NCBI GenBank assembly: GCA_041596415.1
Contig: JBFHIN010000001.1
Coordinates: 1 to 24,229, forward strand
Direction: 5' to 3'
Length of the DNA: 24,229 nucleotides
DNA from: Crocinitomicaceae bacterium
Lineage (GTDB): Bacteria > Bacteroidota > Bacteroidia > Flavobacteriales_D > Crocinitomicaceae
In this document: positions 6,917-15,158 of the stretch, piece after piece
How the letters are laid out: every line of letters begins with the position of its first letter
Numbering within the stretch: position 1 is the first letter of the stretch
The notes under the pieces: generated by a model
Told to the model about the DNA's origin: nothing
What the model saw: only the letters and a program-made list of their open reading frames with translations
Database searches by the model: none
Program-made: the position numbers and the translations under genes

Positions 6917-8077
6917 TTAGAAATTCACGGATTTAAAAAACGCTTTATTGGGTACTTGACCCTCGCTGTCTTGCGAATATTCAGGTTTGAAACTAGTTAC
7001 CTCATAAACTTCCACTTCGCCGTAATTTTTAAGATCCTTGATTCCTCTGTTTTCAGTGATGAAATATTCTTTCACTGCCTCATTCACTTCTTTGCTCACG
7101 ATTATACTGTTTTTAGTAGAAACACCTTCGAGCCTACTTGCAAGATTTACAGTGTCTCCCCAAATATCGAAAATGATGGATTCTTGACCAATTACACCGC
7201 CAACTACGTCACCGACAGCGATACCGAACTTTATATACCAAGGGTTTAAACCATGGTATTTTTCTTTTTTGGCTATTTCGTTCACCAAATGTTTCATTTC
7301 TATAGCACAGCAAACAGCCAAAATTGTCGAGTTTTCATTTTCGCTAAGAATTCCTGAGGCCGCCATGTAGGAGTCTCCGATGGTTTTTATTTTTTGTATA
7401 CCATATTTTTGTATGACATAATCAAATTCAGTAAAATACGTATTGAGTTTAGCTACCAATAACGATAGATCTATTTCTTTGGAAAGTTTGGTGTAACTGG
7501 CAAAATCAGAAAACATAACCGCCACATTAGAATAAATAACATGCTTTTCATTACCGGACACGCTTAATTGATCCAATGCTTTCTTTGGAATCATTTTCGA
7601 AAGAAGTCTTTTATCTTCTTGGTTTTGTTTTTTCAGTTGCTGAAATGCTTTTTCAATGTTGTAATTGGTTTCCGCTTGTTTTATAAGCGCTTTTAATCGA
7701 TTCTTAAGTTTAATTGGTGACAGTTCTTTTGATAAAAAGTCTGATGCACCTAGTCCAAAAGCTTCTTCAGACAATTCATCAGTTTCTTGACTTGTGGAAT
7801 AGAAAACAAAAGGGATGGAGTTGAATCGTTTGTGTTCTTTGATAATTTTCAAAAAGTCAAAACCATTGAGTTCAGGCATCGATATGTCGCAAATTACCAA
7901 ACCTATTTCTTCTTTTTTCAGGAAATACAGCGCTTCATTTGCAGAATTGGCTAAATGAATTTTAATATTTTCCTTTTCCATTGCTTTTTGCAGAATCAAT
8001 TGATCAAAAGGATTGTCGTCAACAATTAATACGGGTATTATCTGATCTTGAAGTTGAATTTCTTCCTGGATATGCAT
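6917..8077 (-). CDS. Receiver domain + class III adenylate cyclase
   Basis: REC: LIVDD, ICDISMPELNG, FLSK. Cyclase: MFSDFASYT, KIKTIGDSYMA, FDIWGDTVNLASRLE. Confidence 0.92.
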   Translation of the reverse strand: MHIQEEIQLQDQIIPVLIVDDNPFDQLILQKAMEKENIKIHLANSANEALYFLKKEEIGLVICDISMPELNGFDFLKIIKEHKRFNSIPFVFYSTSQETDELSEEAFGLGASDFLSKELSPIKLKNRLKALIKQAETNYNIEKAFQQLKKQNQEDKRLLSKMIPKKALDQLSVSGNEKHVIYSNVAVMFSDFASYTKLSKEIDLSLLVAKLNTYFTEFDYVIQKYGIQKIKTIGDSYMAASGILSENENSTILAVCCAIEMKHLVNEIAKKEKYHGLNPWYIKFGIAVGDVVGGVIGQESIIFDIWGDTVNLASRLEGVSTKNSIIVSKEVNEAVKEYFITENRGIKDLKNYGEVEVYEVTSFKPEYSQDSEGQVPNKAFFKSVNF

Positions 8078-8200
8078 TACGAAAGTGTTGAAATTAGTGT
8101 AGTGTTTAAATTAGTCAAATATGTGTTCGCTAAATATAGCACTTTTTAAAATTCAATTAACTATATTTAAGCGTTTAGAATTCAGTAAATAAAATAAGAT

Positions 8201-8899
8201 ATGATGAAGGTTATATCCATCGAAGACAATGAATTGGATAGATTAGTGCTTCAAAAATTAATCCAGCAAAATGATCAGTTAGAGTTAATAGGAGAATATG
8301 AAAGCGCTTTGGCAGCTATTTCAATTATCCGTTCTGCAAAACCTGATTTAATTTTTTTGGACATAGAATTACCAGGGATGACGGGTATAGAATTTATCAA
8401 TTCATTGAAAGAAGTTCCTCAAATAATTTTTGTAACAAGTCATGAAAATTATGCGTTGGATGCTTTTGAAAATGATGTAACCGATTTTCTATTGAAACCC
8501 TTGGAGAAAAAACGATTTAATATCGCAGTTAATCGTGCACTTAAAATTCAGGAGTGGCTTTCCTTGGAATCAACCGATGATCGCTCCGTTTTTATTAGGG
8601 TAGATAGAGATGATGTGAAGATTTTTTTAAAGGATATAATTTACGTTGAAGCTATGGCTGATTATGTGAAAGTTCACACCACTGAAGATAAATATTTGGT
8701 ATTGTCTACCATGAAGTCAATTGCTACTAAATTGCCTGAGGAAGAATTTGTTAGGATCCATAGATCCTTCATTGTAAATATTAACCATATAGACAGTTTT
8801 AACGGAAGTGAAGTGGTTATAAATGGATTAACAATTCCAGTAAGTAGATCTTGTAAAAAAGAATTGAAAGGTGCAATGTCAAATGCGGCTAAACGGTAA
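8201..8899 (+). CDS. LytTR-family response regulator (REC + LytTR)
   Basis: IEDNELD, FLDIELPGMTG, FLLKP, then IIYVEAMADYVKVH and FVRIHRSFIVN. Confidence 0.95.
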   Translation: MMKVISIEDNELDRLVLQKLIQQNDQLELIGEYESALAAISIIRSAKPDLIFLDIELPGMTGIEFINSLKEVPQIIFVTSHENYALDAFENDVTDFLLKPLEKKRFNIAVNRALKIQEWLSLESTDDRSVFIRVDRDDVKIFLKDIIYVEAMADYVKVHTTEDKYLVLSTMKSIATKLPEEEFVRIHRSFIVNINHIDSFNGSEVVINGLTIPVSRSCKKELKGAMSNAAKR

Positions 8900-8971
8900 A
8901 AACTGACCTTTTATCGATTTTGACCGAATAAAAGACTTGTAACTCCTTATAATTATTAAAAAACAGCAGAA

Positions 8972-10591
8972 ATGACTAAGAATGTTCCTGTACCTATTAA
9001 CGAGGAAAGAAGATTAAACGCTTTACTTTCGTATGATATCTTAGATACAGCAAGTGAGGAATCTTTTGATAACTTAACCAAACTTGCAGCCGAAATATGT
9101 GGAACGCCCATTTCACTGGTAAGTTTACTGGATGATAAAAGGCAGTGGTTTAAAAGTAAAGTAGGATTGAATGCGGACGAAACACCTAGGGAAATTTCCT
9201 TTTGCCAACATGCCATAATGGACGTGGATGTTTTTGAAGTTGAAAATGCTCTTGAAGACGAAAGATTTAAAGATAATGTTCTTGTACAAGGGAGTCCAAA
9301 TATCCGATTCTATGCAGGACATCCTTTAATCGATGATAATGGATACGCACTTGGTACTTTGTGTGTGATCGATGAGGAGCCAAGGATATTAACCGAACAA
9401 CAAAAAAATGCATTAAAAATTCTGGCTCGACAAGTTATTAGTCAAATCCAAGTTAGAAAACACAGAGAACAGAATAAAGAAATATTAAGTGAACTATTCA
9501 AGTTGACGAATCTTCAAAATGCAATTTTGAACGGTACTACCCATTCCATAATTTCTACTGATGAGCACGGAATAATAAAATCTTTTAACAAAGGTGCAGA
9601 GAGATTATTGGGATATAATGCTGAAGAATTGATTAACAAAGAATCACCGGCAATAATACATGTTCCTGAGGAAGTAGTAGCTAGAGCCAAAGTGTTGAGC
9701 GAGGAGTTGGGAATTGAAATTGAACCCGGTTTTGACGCATTTGTTGCAAAAGCCAAAACAATGGACGTGGCAGATGAAAATGAATGGACTTATGTGCGAA
9801 AGGATGGTAGTAAGGTTCCAGTATGGTTATCAGTTACAGCGCTAAAAGACAATGACGGTAACGTAACTGGCTATTTGGGTATTGCAAGTGACATTTCGGA
9901 ACGTAAGAAATACATCGATCAAATTGAAAAAGTAAATAAGGAATTGGATCAATTCTCCTACATTGTGTCACATGACCTTAAGGCCCCCTTGAGAGCGATA
10001 TCTACACTGGTGGGATTCGTTGAAGAGGATTTGGAAGGTAAACTAGAAGGCGATGTTTTAGACAATTTTGAATTGATAAAATCGCGTGTTAAGCGCATGG
10101 AAGGTTTGATAAAAGGCGTGTTGGAATATTCTCGGGTAGGTAGGGCAAATGAAGAGAAAGTAGAATTCAGTTCATACGACGCCATTAAAGAAGTTACCTT
10201 AGGCTTTAACTCTGACAAATTTACAATTGTCATTCACAATAATCTTCCCAAGATTGAATACAATAGAACCCAATTTGAGCAAGTCGTTCAAAACTTAATT
10301 AGTAACGGTATAAAATATCACGACAAGGAAACAGGTTCGATTGAAGTTGGTTATAACTCGTTAGATGGGTTTCATGAGTTTTATGTTAAAGATGATGGTC
10401 CGGGTATAGAACCTCAATATCACGACAGAATTTTTGGTATTTTCCAAACTTTACAAGCACGTGATGAAATTGAAAGTACCGGGGTTGGTTTATCGATAGT
10501 AAAAAAGATCATTGAAGAACATGGAGGTAGCATTTCTCTAGAATCTGAATTAGGAAAAGGAAGTACATTCAGCTTTACTATTCCGAAATAA
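8972..10591 (+). CDS. Cytoplasmic GAF-PAS sensor histidine kinase
   Basis: GAF: [24 protein letters not shown]: [21 protein letters not shown]-box [10 protein letters not shown]-box [10 protein letters not shown]1 DDGPGI, G2 GVGLSIVK. Confidence 0.95.
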   Translation: MTKNVPVPINEERRLNALLSYDILDTASEESFDNLTKLAAEICGTPISLVSLLDDKRQWFKSKVGLNADETPREISFCQHAIMDVDVFEVENALEDERFKDNVLVQGSPNIRFYAGHPLIDDNGYALGTLCVIDEEPRILTEQQKNALKILARQVISQIQVRKHREQNKEILSELFKLTNLQNAILNGTTHSIISTDEHGIIKSFNKGAERLLGYNAEELINKESPAIIHVPEEVVARAKVLSEELGIEIEPGFDAFVAKAKTMDVADENEWTYVRKDGSKVPVWLSVTALKDNDGNVTGYLGIASDISERKKYIDQIEKVNKELDQFSYIVSHDLKAPLRAISTLVGFVEEDLEGKLEGDVLDNFELIKSRVKRMEGLIKGVLEYSRVGRANEEKVEFSSYDAIKEVTLGFNSDKFTIVIHNNLPKIEYNRTQFEQVVQNLISNGIKYHDKETGSIEVGYNSLDGFHEFYVKDDGPGIEPQYHDRIFGIFQTLQARDEIESTGVGLSIVKKIIEEHGGSISLESELGKGSTFSFTIPK

Positions 10592-10596
10592 AATTT

Positions 10597-11559
10597 ATGG
10601 TAGCAGAAAAAAGAAGTTCGAGTTTTTATATCGTAATTGGTTTCTTCATTGGTTTATTATTTCCGGTGTTTGCAACAATTGTCGCTATATATAATCTTGA
10701 CACGGATGAGACAATAAATTTACCGTTCATTTTTTCGTTGCATCTTAAAAAGCCTCTTTTATTGATCATCGATCTAGCAATTCCTGTATTAACAATAGCA
10801 GTGTATATTATAGGAAGTAGACAAGAGAAACTAAAGGATTATGCAAAGCAACTTCAGGACTTGAATGAACACAAGGACGATACGTTAAAAGCACTAAATT
10901 TAGAGTTAGAAGAAAAAAATGAAGACTTAAATAAAATAATGTACGTTACTTCTCATGAGCTAAAATCAACAATTAGGGGTATATCAACACTGACTAATTT
11001 CTTAAAGGAAGAAAACGCTGAGGAGGAAAAACTACATCTTGAATTATTACTTCAGAAAAGAATAGATAGAATGGAGAAATTGCTAAACGCTATGCTCGTC
11101 TACCTAAGATTTAGTAATAAAACGAATAATAGGACCAATATAGATCTGAACAAATTATTTAAAAAGGTAGTATTAGATTATCCAAATGTTAAGTTTCATA
11201 TAGCAGACAATTTACCTACTGTATACTTTGATGTTAAAAAGTTGTCTTTTGTTTTCAGAGAATTGATTGAAAACAGTATTAAGTTTAGTGTTGATGACCC
11301 TGAAATAGAGGTGGTTAGTGAAATTTTAGACGATGCATTCCAAATCACTTTCAGAGATAATGGCATTGGTATACTACCGGAATATAGGGAGAAAGTTTTT
11401 GACCTTTATGCTACGATTGAAAATAAAGACTCTCATGAAAATATAGGTGCTGGTTTGGCAATTGTAAAAAGAGTGATGGTTGAAGGTGATGGTACAATTG
11501 AAATACTAGATAATCCTGAAAATAATGGAACTGTTTTTAGATTAACGTTAAAAAAATAA
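10597..11559 (+). CDS. Membrane-anchored sensor histidine kinase
   Basis: Two TM helices, H-box SHELKSTIR, ELIENSIKF, DNGIGI, GAGLAIVK. Confidence 0.9.
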   Translation: MVAEKRSSSFYIVIGFFIGLLFPVFATIVAIYNLDTDETINLPFIFSLHLKKPLLLIIDLAIPVLTIAVYIIGSRQEKLKDYAKQLQDLNEHKDDTLKALNLELEEKNEDLNKIMYVTSHELKSTIRGISTLTNFLKEENAEEEKLHLELLLQKRIDRMEKLLNAMLVYLRFSNKTNNRTNIDLNKLFKKVVLDYPNVKFHIADNLPTVYFDVKKLSFVFRELIENSIKFSVDDPEIEVVSEILDDAFQITFRDNGIGILPEYREKVFDLYATIENKDSHENIGAGLAIVKRVMVEGDGTIEILDNPENNGTVFRLTLKK

Positions 11560-11569
11560 AAAACAATTT

Positions 11570-11995
11570 ATGAATAAATTAGTAAGAATACTTGTAGTTG
11601 AAGACGATGAAGTTGACGTAATCAATATAAAACGAGCATTTAAGAAAAATAATGTAAAGAATGAGGTCGTTTATGCTAATAATGGGCTTCACGCATGGAA
11701 TTTGTTAAAAGGAGAAGAAGGTGAGTCTCAATTAGATCCGATGCCAAAAGTCATTTTATTGGATGTCAATATGCCAAAGATGAACGGCTTAGAGTTGTTG
11801 GAGAAGATTAGAGAGGATGAAGAACTGAAATCACTTAGCGTTTTCATGTTAACCACCTCAGATGATGATACGGATAAGTTACGTGCACATAATTTGAATG
11901 TGGCAGGTTATATTATTAAACCTGTAGATTTCCAAAAATTCGTAGAAGCAATGGCTACGTTGAATAGTTACTGGTCCTTAATGGAATTTGATTAA
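11570..11995 (+). CDS. Single-domain response regulator, Rcp1-like
   Basis: ILVVEDDEVD, ILLDVNMPKMNG, MLTTS, YIIKPVDF. Confidence 0.93.
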   Translation: MNKLVRILVVEDDEVDVINIKRAFKKNNVKNEVVYANNGLHAWNLLKGEEGESQLDPMPKVILLDVNMPKMNGLELLEKIREDEELKSLSVFMLTTSDDDTDKLRAHNLNVAGYIIKPVDFQKFVEAMATLNSYWSLMEFD

Positions 11996-12045
11996 ACAAT
12001 CATCAACGAAAATTATGTTGCCGAAAACTGAGAACTGAAAAATAA

Positions 12046-14346
12046 ATGACAAAAATACTACTAATAGAGGATGACAAGGCAGATCAATTGATATTTGAAA
12101 GGAATATTAAGAAGTCTGAGATTAACTGCACCATTGAAATTGTTGATTCGATTCAAAGTGCGTTAGCTTATTTGCAGGAAAAAGCGATTGATGTAGTTTT
12201 TTGTGATTTCAATTTACCGGATGGTGACGCGATTGGGTTTTTAAAGTCGTCTCAAGAGTTTCCGATTCCTGTTGTGGTAATTACTTCACATGGGGATATA
12301 GAAAAAGCAACGGAAAGCTTGAAACTAGGGGCTTTTGATTTTGTTACAAAAGATAACATTAATACTCCTTCGCTTGAAAGAATTATTAATAATGTCTTAA
12401 GAATAAAAAAAGAAAATGAGAAAAGGCAGGAGTTAGAATTACAACTTCGTAGAAACTATGCGAATACAGCCGCCATTCTTGCGAATACAAATGATGGTAT
12501 TTGGTCAATTGATAAGAACGGTAAAATTCTCATTGTCAACAAGGCAATAAAAAAATTCACTTCAACCCATTACAACTATGAACCTCAGGTCGGAGATTTC
12601 TTTTTCTCTTTACTAAAAAATGAGGAATATGATACTTTGCTGAATGCATACAGAAGTGCATTAAAAGGTGAGTCTGTGGTAATCACTGTGAAGACGGATA
12701 TAGAAGGAGAAAACTATTTTTTTGAAATCTCTTGTAGCCCGATTTATGAAGATAATGTTATCACTGGAGTAACATTTTTCTCCAGAAATGTTTCAGAAAG
12801 GATTAAAGCTGAAAAAGAAATTCTTAAGGCTAAGAAGATAGCCGAAGAAGCATCCGAATTTAAGACTCGATTTTTAGCCAATATGAGTCATGAGATTCGT
12901 ACACCAATGAACGCCATGATTGGGTTTACAGAATTGTTGCAGGAAACAAAATTGAATAATGAACAAATGAACTATGTTGAGATTATTCAAAAATCTGGTC
13001 AAAATTTGCTTGTGATCATTAATGACATTCTTGATTTGAGTAAATTACAATCGGGCAAAATGGAACTCAGGTTGGATAAGACTGATTTAAGAAATTTAAT
13101 TAATGATGTAGTTAGTTTGTATGTTATGAGATCAAAGGAACAAGGAATTGTTCTTTCTTCCAACATTGATGAAAACATACCGAGTTTAGTGATGGTTGAT
13201 AATACAAGATTATCACAAATTCTCAACAATGTCGTTAGTAATGCCATAAAATTCACGAAAGAGGGTGGGGTTAGTATTGGCGTTCGTTTGTTAGAACAAT
13301 TCAATAATAAAGCGAAAATTGAATTTTCTATTCAAGATCAAGGAATAGGTATTCCACAAGATAAAATTGATTCAATATTTGAGGACTTCTCTCAAATTGA
13401 TTCTAGTTTACAACGCAAAACCCATGGCACCGGTTTAGGACTCTCGATTGTTTCGAACCTAGTTAAATTAATGGGGGGCGAGATTAAGGTAGATAGCAAG
13501 CTAAACGTAGGGACCACAATCAGAATTACGATACCTTTTGAAATTCCTGAGACGTCTAAACTAAATGGTGTTCAACAACAGAAAGAATATCAAAAGAGTA
13601 TACGTTCAGGAACACGGATTCTTTTATGTGATGATGTGGAACTGAACCGCTTGTTGGTGCAAAAAATATTATCTAAGTTCGATATACAATTGGTTTCAGT
13701 TTCCAACGGTGCAGAGGCTATTAAGGCGCTTGAGAATGAGGAGTTTGATGTGGTTTTAATGGATCTGCAAATGCCTGAAATGGACGGTTATCAAGTGACT
13801 AAAATTGTACGTCAATTTTCTCAAGTACCTATTATTGCCTTGACTTCACATTTATTAGATGATGTTCGCAATACTTGCCTAGAAATCGGAATGAATGGAT
13901 TTATTTCAAAGCCATTCAAATCTGTTGAATTGATCAATGAAATTGAGAAACTTACGGCCAAGGATAGAGACGTTAAATTACATCCTAATCAATTTTGGGA
14001 TGAGCTTGATATGCCCACCTTACATCAGCTTGCGGATGGAGATTTAGTTTTTGTTGATAGTTTGTTTACGTCATTTCTAAGTAGTTTGCCAGGAAGGGTA
14101 GAGGAGTATAAAAAAGCTATGCATACGAGGGATAGTAAAATTCTATCAGACATCGCACATCTATTGCAATCATCCTTTAAACTTTTTAATCTAAATGAAC
14201 TTTCATCGATGTCCCAAGAAATTCAAAATGACAATGTGAATGATTCATTGGCAGAAAAATTCTTATCCAATTTACTAGAAGCAGAGAAATTGATCATTGA
14301 AAAGAAGAAATTAGTTGCGAAACATTTAGAACAAGTTAAAAATTAA
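12046..14346 (+). CDS. Hybrid histidine kinase REC-PAS-HisKA-HATPase-REC-HPt-like
   Basis: N-terminal REC (LIEDD, FCDFNLPDG), PAS-like segment, FLANMSHEIRTPMN, NVVSNAIKFT, GTGLGLSI, second REC (LMDLQMPEMDG, FISKP) and C-terminal DIAHLLQSS. Confidence 0.93.
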   Translation: MTKILLIEDDKADQLIFERNIKKSEINCTIEIVDSIQSALAYLQEKAIDVVFCDFNLPDGDAIGFLKSSQEFPIPVVVITSHGDIEKATESLKLGAFDFVTKDNINTPSLERIINNVLRIKKENEKRQELELQLRRNYANTAAILANTNDGIWSIDKNGKILIVNKAIKKFTSTHYNYEPQVGDFFFSLLKNEEYDTLLNAYRSALKGESVVITVKTDIEGENYFFEISCSPIYEDNVITGVTFFSRNVSERIKAEKEILKAKKIAEEASEFKTRFLANMSHEIRTPMNAMIGFTELLQETKLNNEQMNYVEIIQKSGQNLLVIINDILDLSKLQSGKMELRLDKTDLRNLINDVVSLYVMRSKEQGIVLSSNIDENIPSLVMVDNTRLSQILNNVVSNAIKFTKEGGVSIGVRLLEQFNNKAKIEFSIQDQGIGIPQDKIDSIFEDFSQIDSSLQRKTHGTGLGLSIVSNLVKLMGGEIKVDSKLNVGTTIRITIPFEIPETSKLNGVQQQKEYQKSIRSGTRILLCDDVELNRLLVQKILSKFDIQLVSVSNGAEAIKALENEEFDVVLMDLQMPEMDGYQVTKIVRQFSQVPIIALTSHLLDDVRNTCLEIGMNGFISKPFKSVELINEIEKLTAKDRDVKLHPNQFWDELDMPTLHQLADGDLVFVDSLFTSFLSSLPGRVEEYKKAMHTRDSKILSDIAHLLQSSFKLFNLNELSSMSQEIQNDNVNDSLAEKFLSNLLEAEKLIIEKKKLVAKHLEQVKN

Positions 14347-14356
14347 AGTCGTTCTT

Positions 14357-14791
14357 TCAAGTACCTTGAGCAGCCGCTTCCAAATCTGCAATGATCAGTT
14401 TATTCATGGACATAAATGCTTGTGCTACACGTTGAGCTGAATCAGGATCACTCATGTATTCACCCATTTTTTCAGGAACAATTTGCCAGGATAATCCGAA
14501 TTTATCCTTCAGCCATCCACAACGCCCTTCTTCACCTTCCATAGACAGTACATTCCAGTAATGGTCAATTTCAGCTTGATCACTACATTGCACCACTAAT
14601 GATGCGGCCTCTGTAAGCTTAAATAAGGGGCCACCGTTCAGTAACATTAATTTGTTGCCCATCAATTCAAGCGTAACTACAATCCCATTATTTTTTAGAA
14701 TTTTAGCATCGTTGAATATGGAAAGATAGTATTCTGCAATTGGCATCAAATCTCCATTAAACCAAAAACAAGGATAAATTTTATTCTTCAT
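14357..14791 (-). CDS. VOC/glyoxalase superfamily protein (PhnB / 3-demethylubiquinone-9 3-methyltransferase-like)
   Basis: IYPCFWF, LNGGP, CSDQAEIDHYW, CGWLKDKFGLSWQIVP, AFMSMNKL. Confidence 0.92.
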   Translation of the reverse strand: MKNKIYPCFWFNGDLMPIAEYYLSIFNDAKILKNNGIVVTLELMGNKLMLLNGGPLFKLTEAASLVVQCSDQAEIDHYWNVLSMEGEEGRCGWLKDKFGLSWQIVPEKMGEYMSDPDSAQRVAQAFMSMNKLIIADLEAAAQGT

Positions 14792-14843
14792 GCACGAGTG
14801 TCCTTAAATTCTAATTGTGTAAAGGTAAAGAATTTTAAAAGCA

Positions 14844-15131
14844 TCATTTTATTAATAAAAAATGACTTGTTTCTAGTGCTATTACCTCATGTTTACATTC
14901 CGGTGGAATGCTTAAATAATCGCCTGGTAGCAAAGCTTCATTTTTACCTTGCTCATCTTTGTAAAGTATTTGACCACTTATACAAATCAAAAAGGCAGGA
15001 ATAGTTGTAATGTGTTCTTTAAGTTTTTCACCATGTTTGACTTTTAGCGCAATAACTTTTCCTTTGCCTTCATCAAAAAGAATTTTGCTAAATACAGGTT
15101 TATCTTCCTCAGCAAGATTGATAATGTTCAT
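14844..15131 (-). CDS. Small cupin-domain protein
   Basis: LKEHITTIPAFLICISG and GDYLSIPPECKHEVIA cupin motifs. Confidence 0.85.
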   Translation of the reverse strand: MNIINLAEEDKPVFSKILFDEGKGKVIALKVKHGEKLKEHITTIPAFLICISGQILYKDEQGKNEALLPGDYLSIPPECKHEVIALETSHFLLIK

Positions 15132-15158
15132 GTGTTTTTTTTTAGTTGATAAATTCTA

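Noticed and set aside
8909-8934. Imperfect hairpin CTTTTATCG/CGAATAAAAG and a TGACC repeat between the LytTR gene and the kinase
   Set aside because: The stem is AT-rich and bulged with no U-tract, and the repeat is too short to be significant.
8972-9480. GAF domain as the cAMP receptor closing a feedback loop
   Set aside because: The NKFDE-type motif of cNMP-binding GAF domains is absent, so the ligand is unknown.
8972-11995. Phytochrome (Cph1/Rcp1-like) light-sensing interpretation
   Set aside because: The kinase H-box type and the Rcp1-like receiver are similar, but there is no PAS-GAF-PHY core or DIP chromophore motif and no heme oxygenase nearby.
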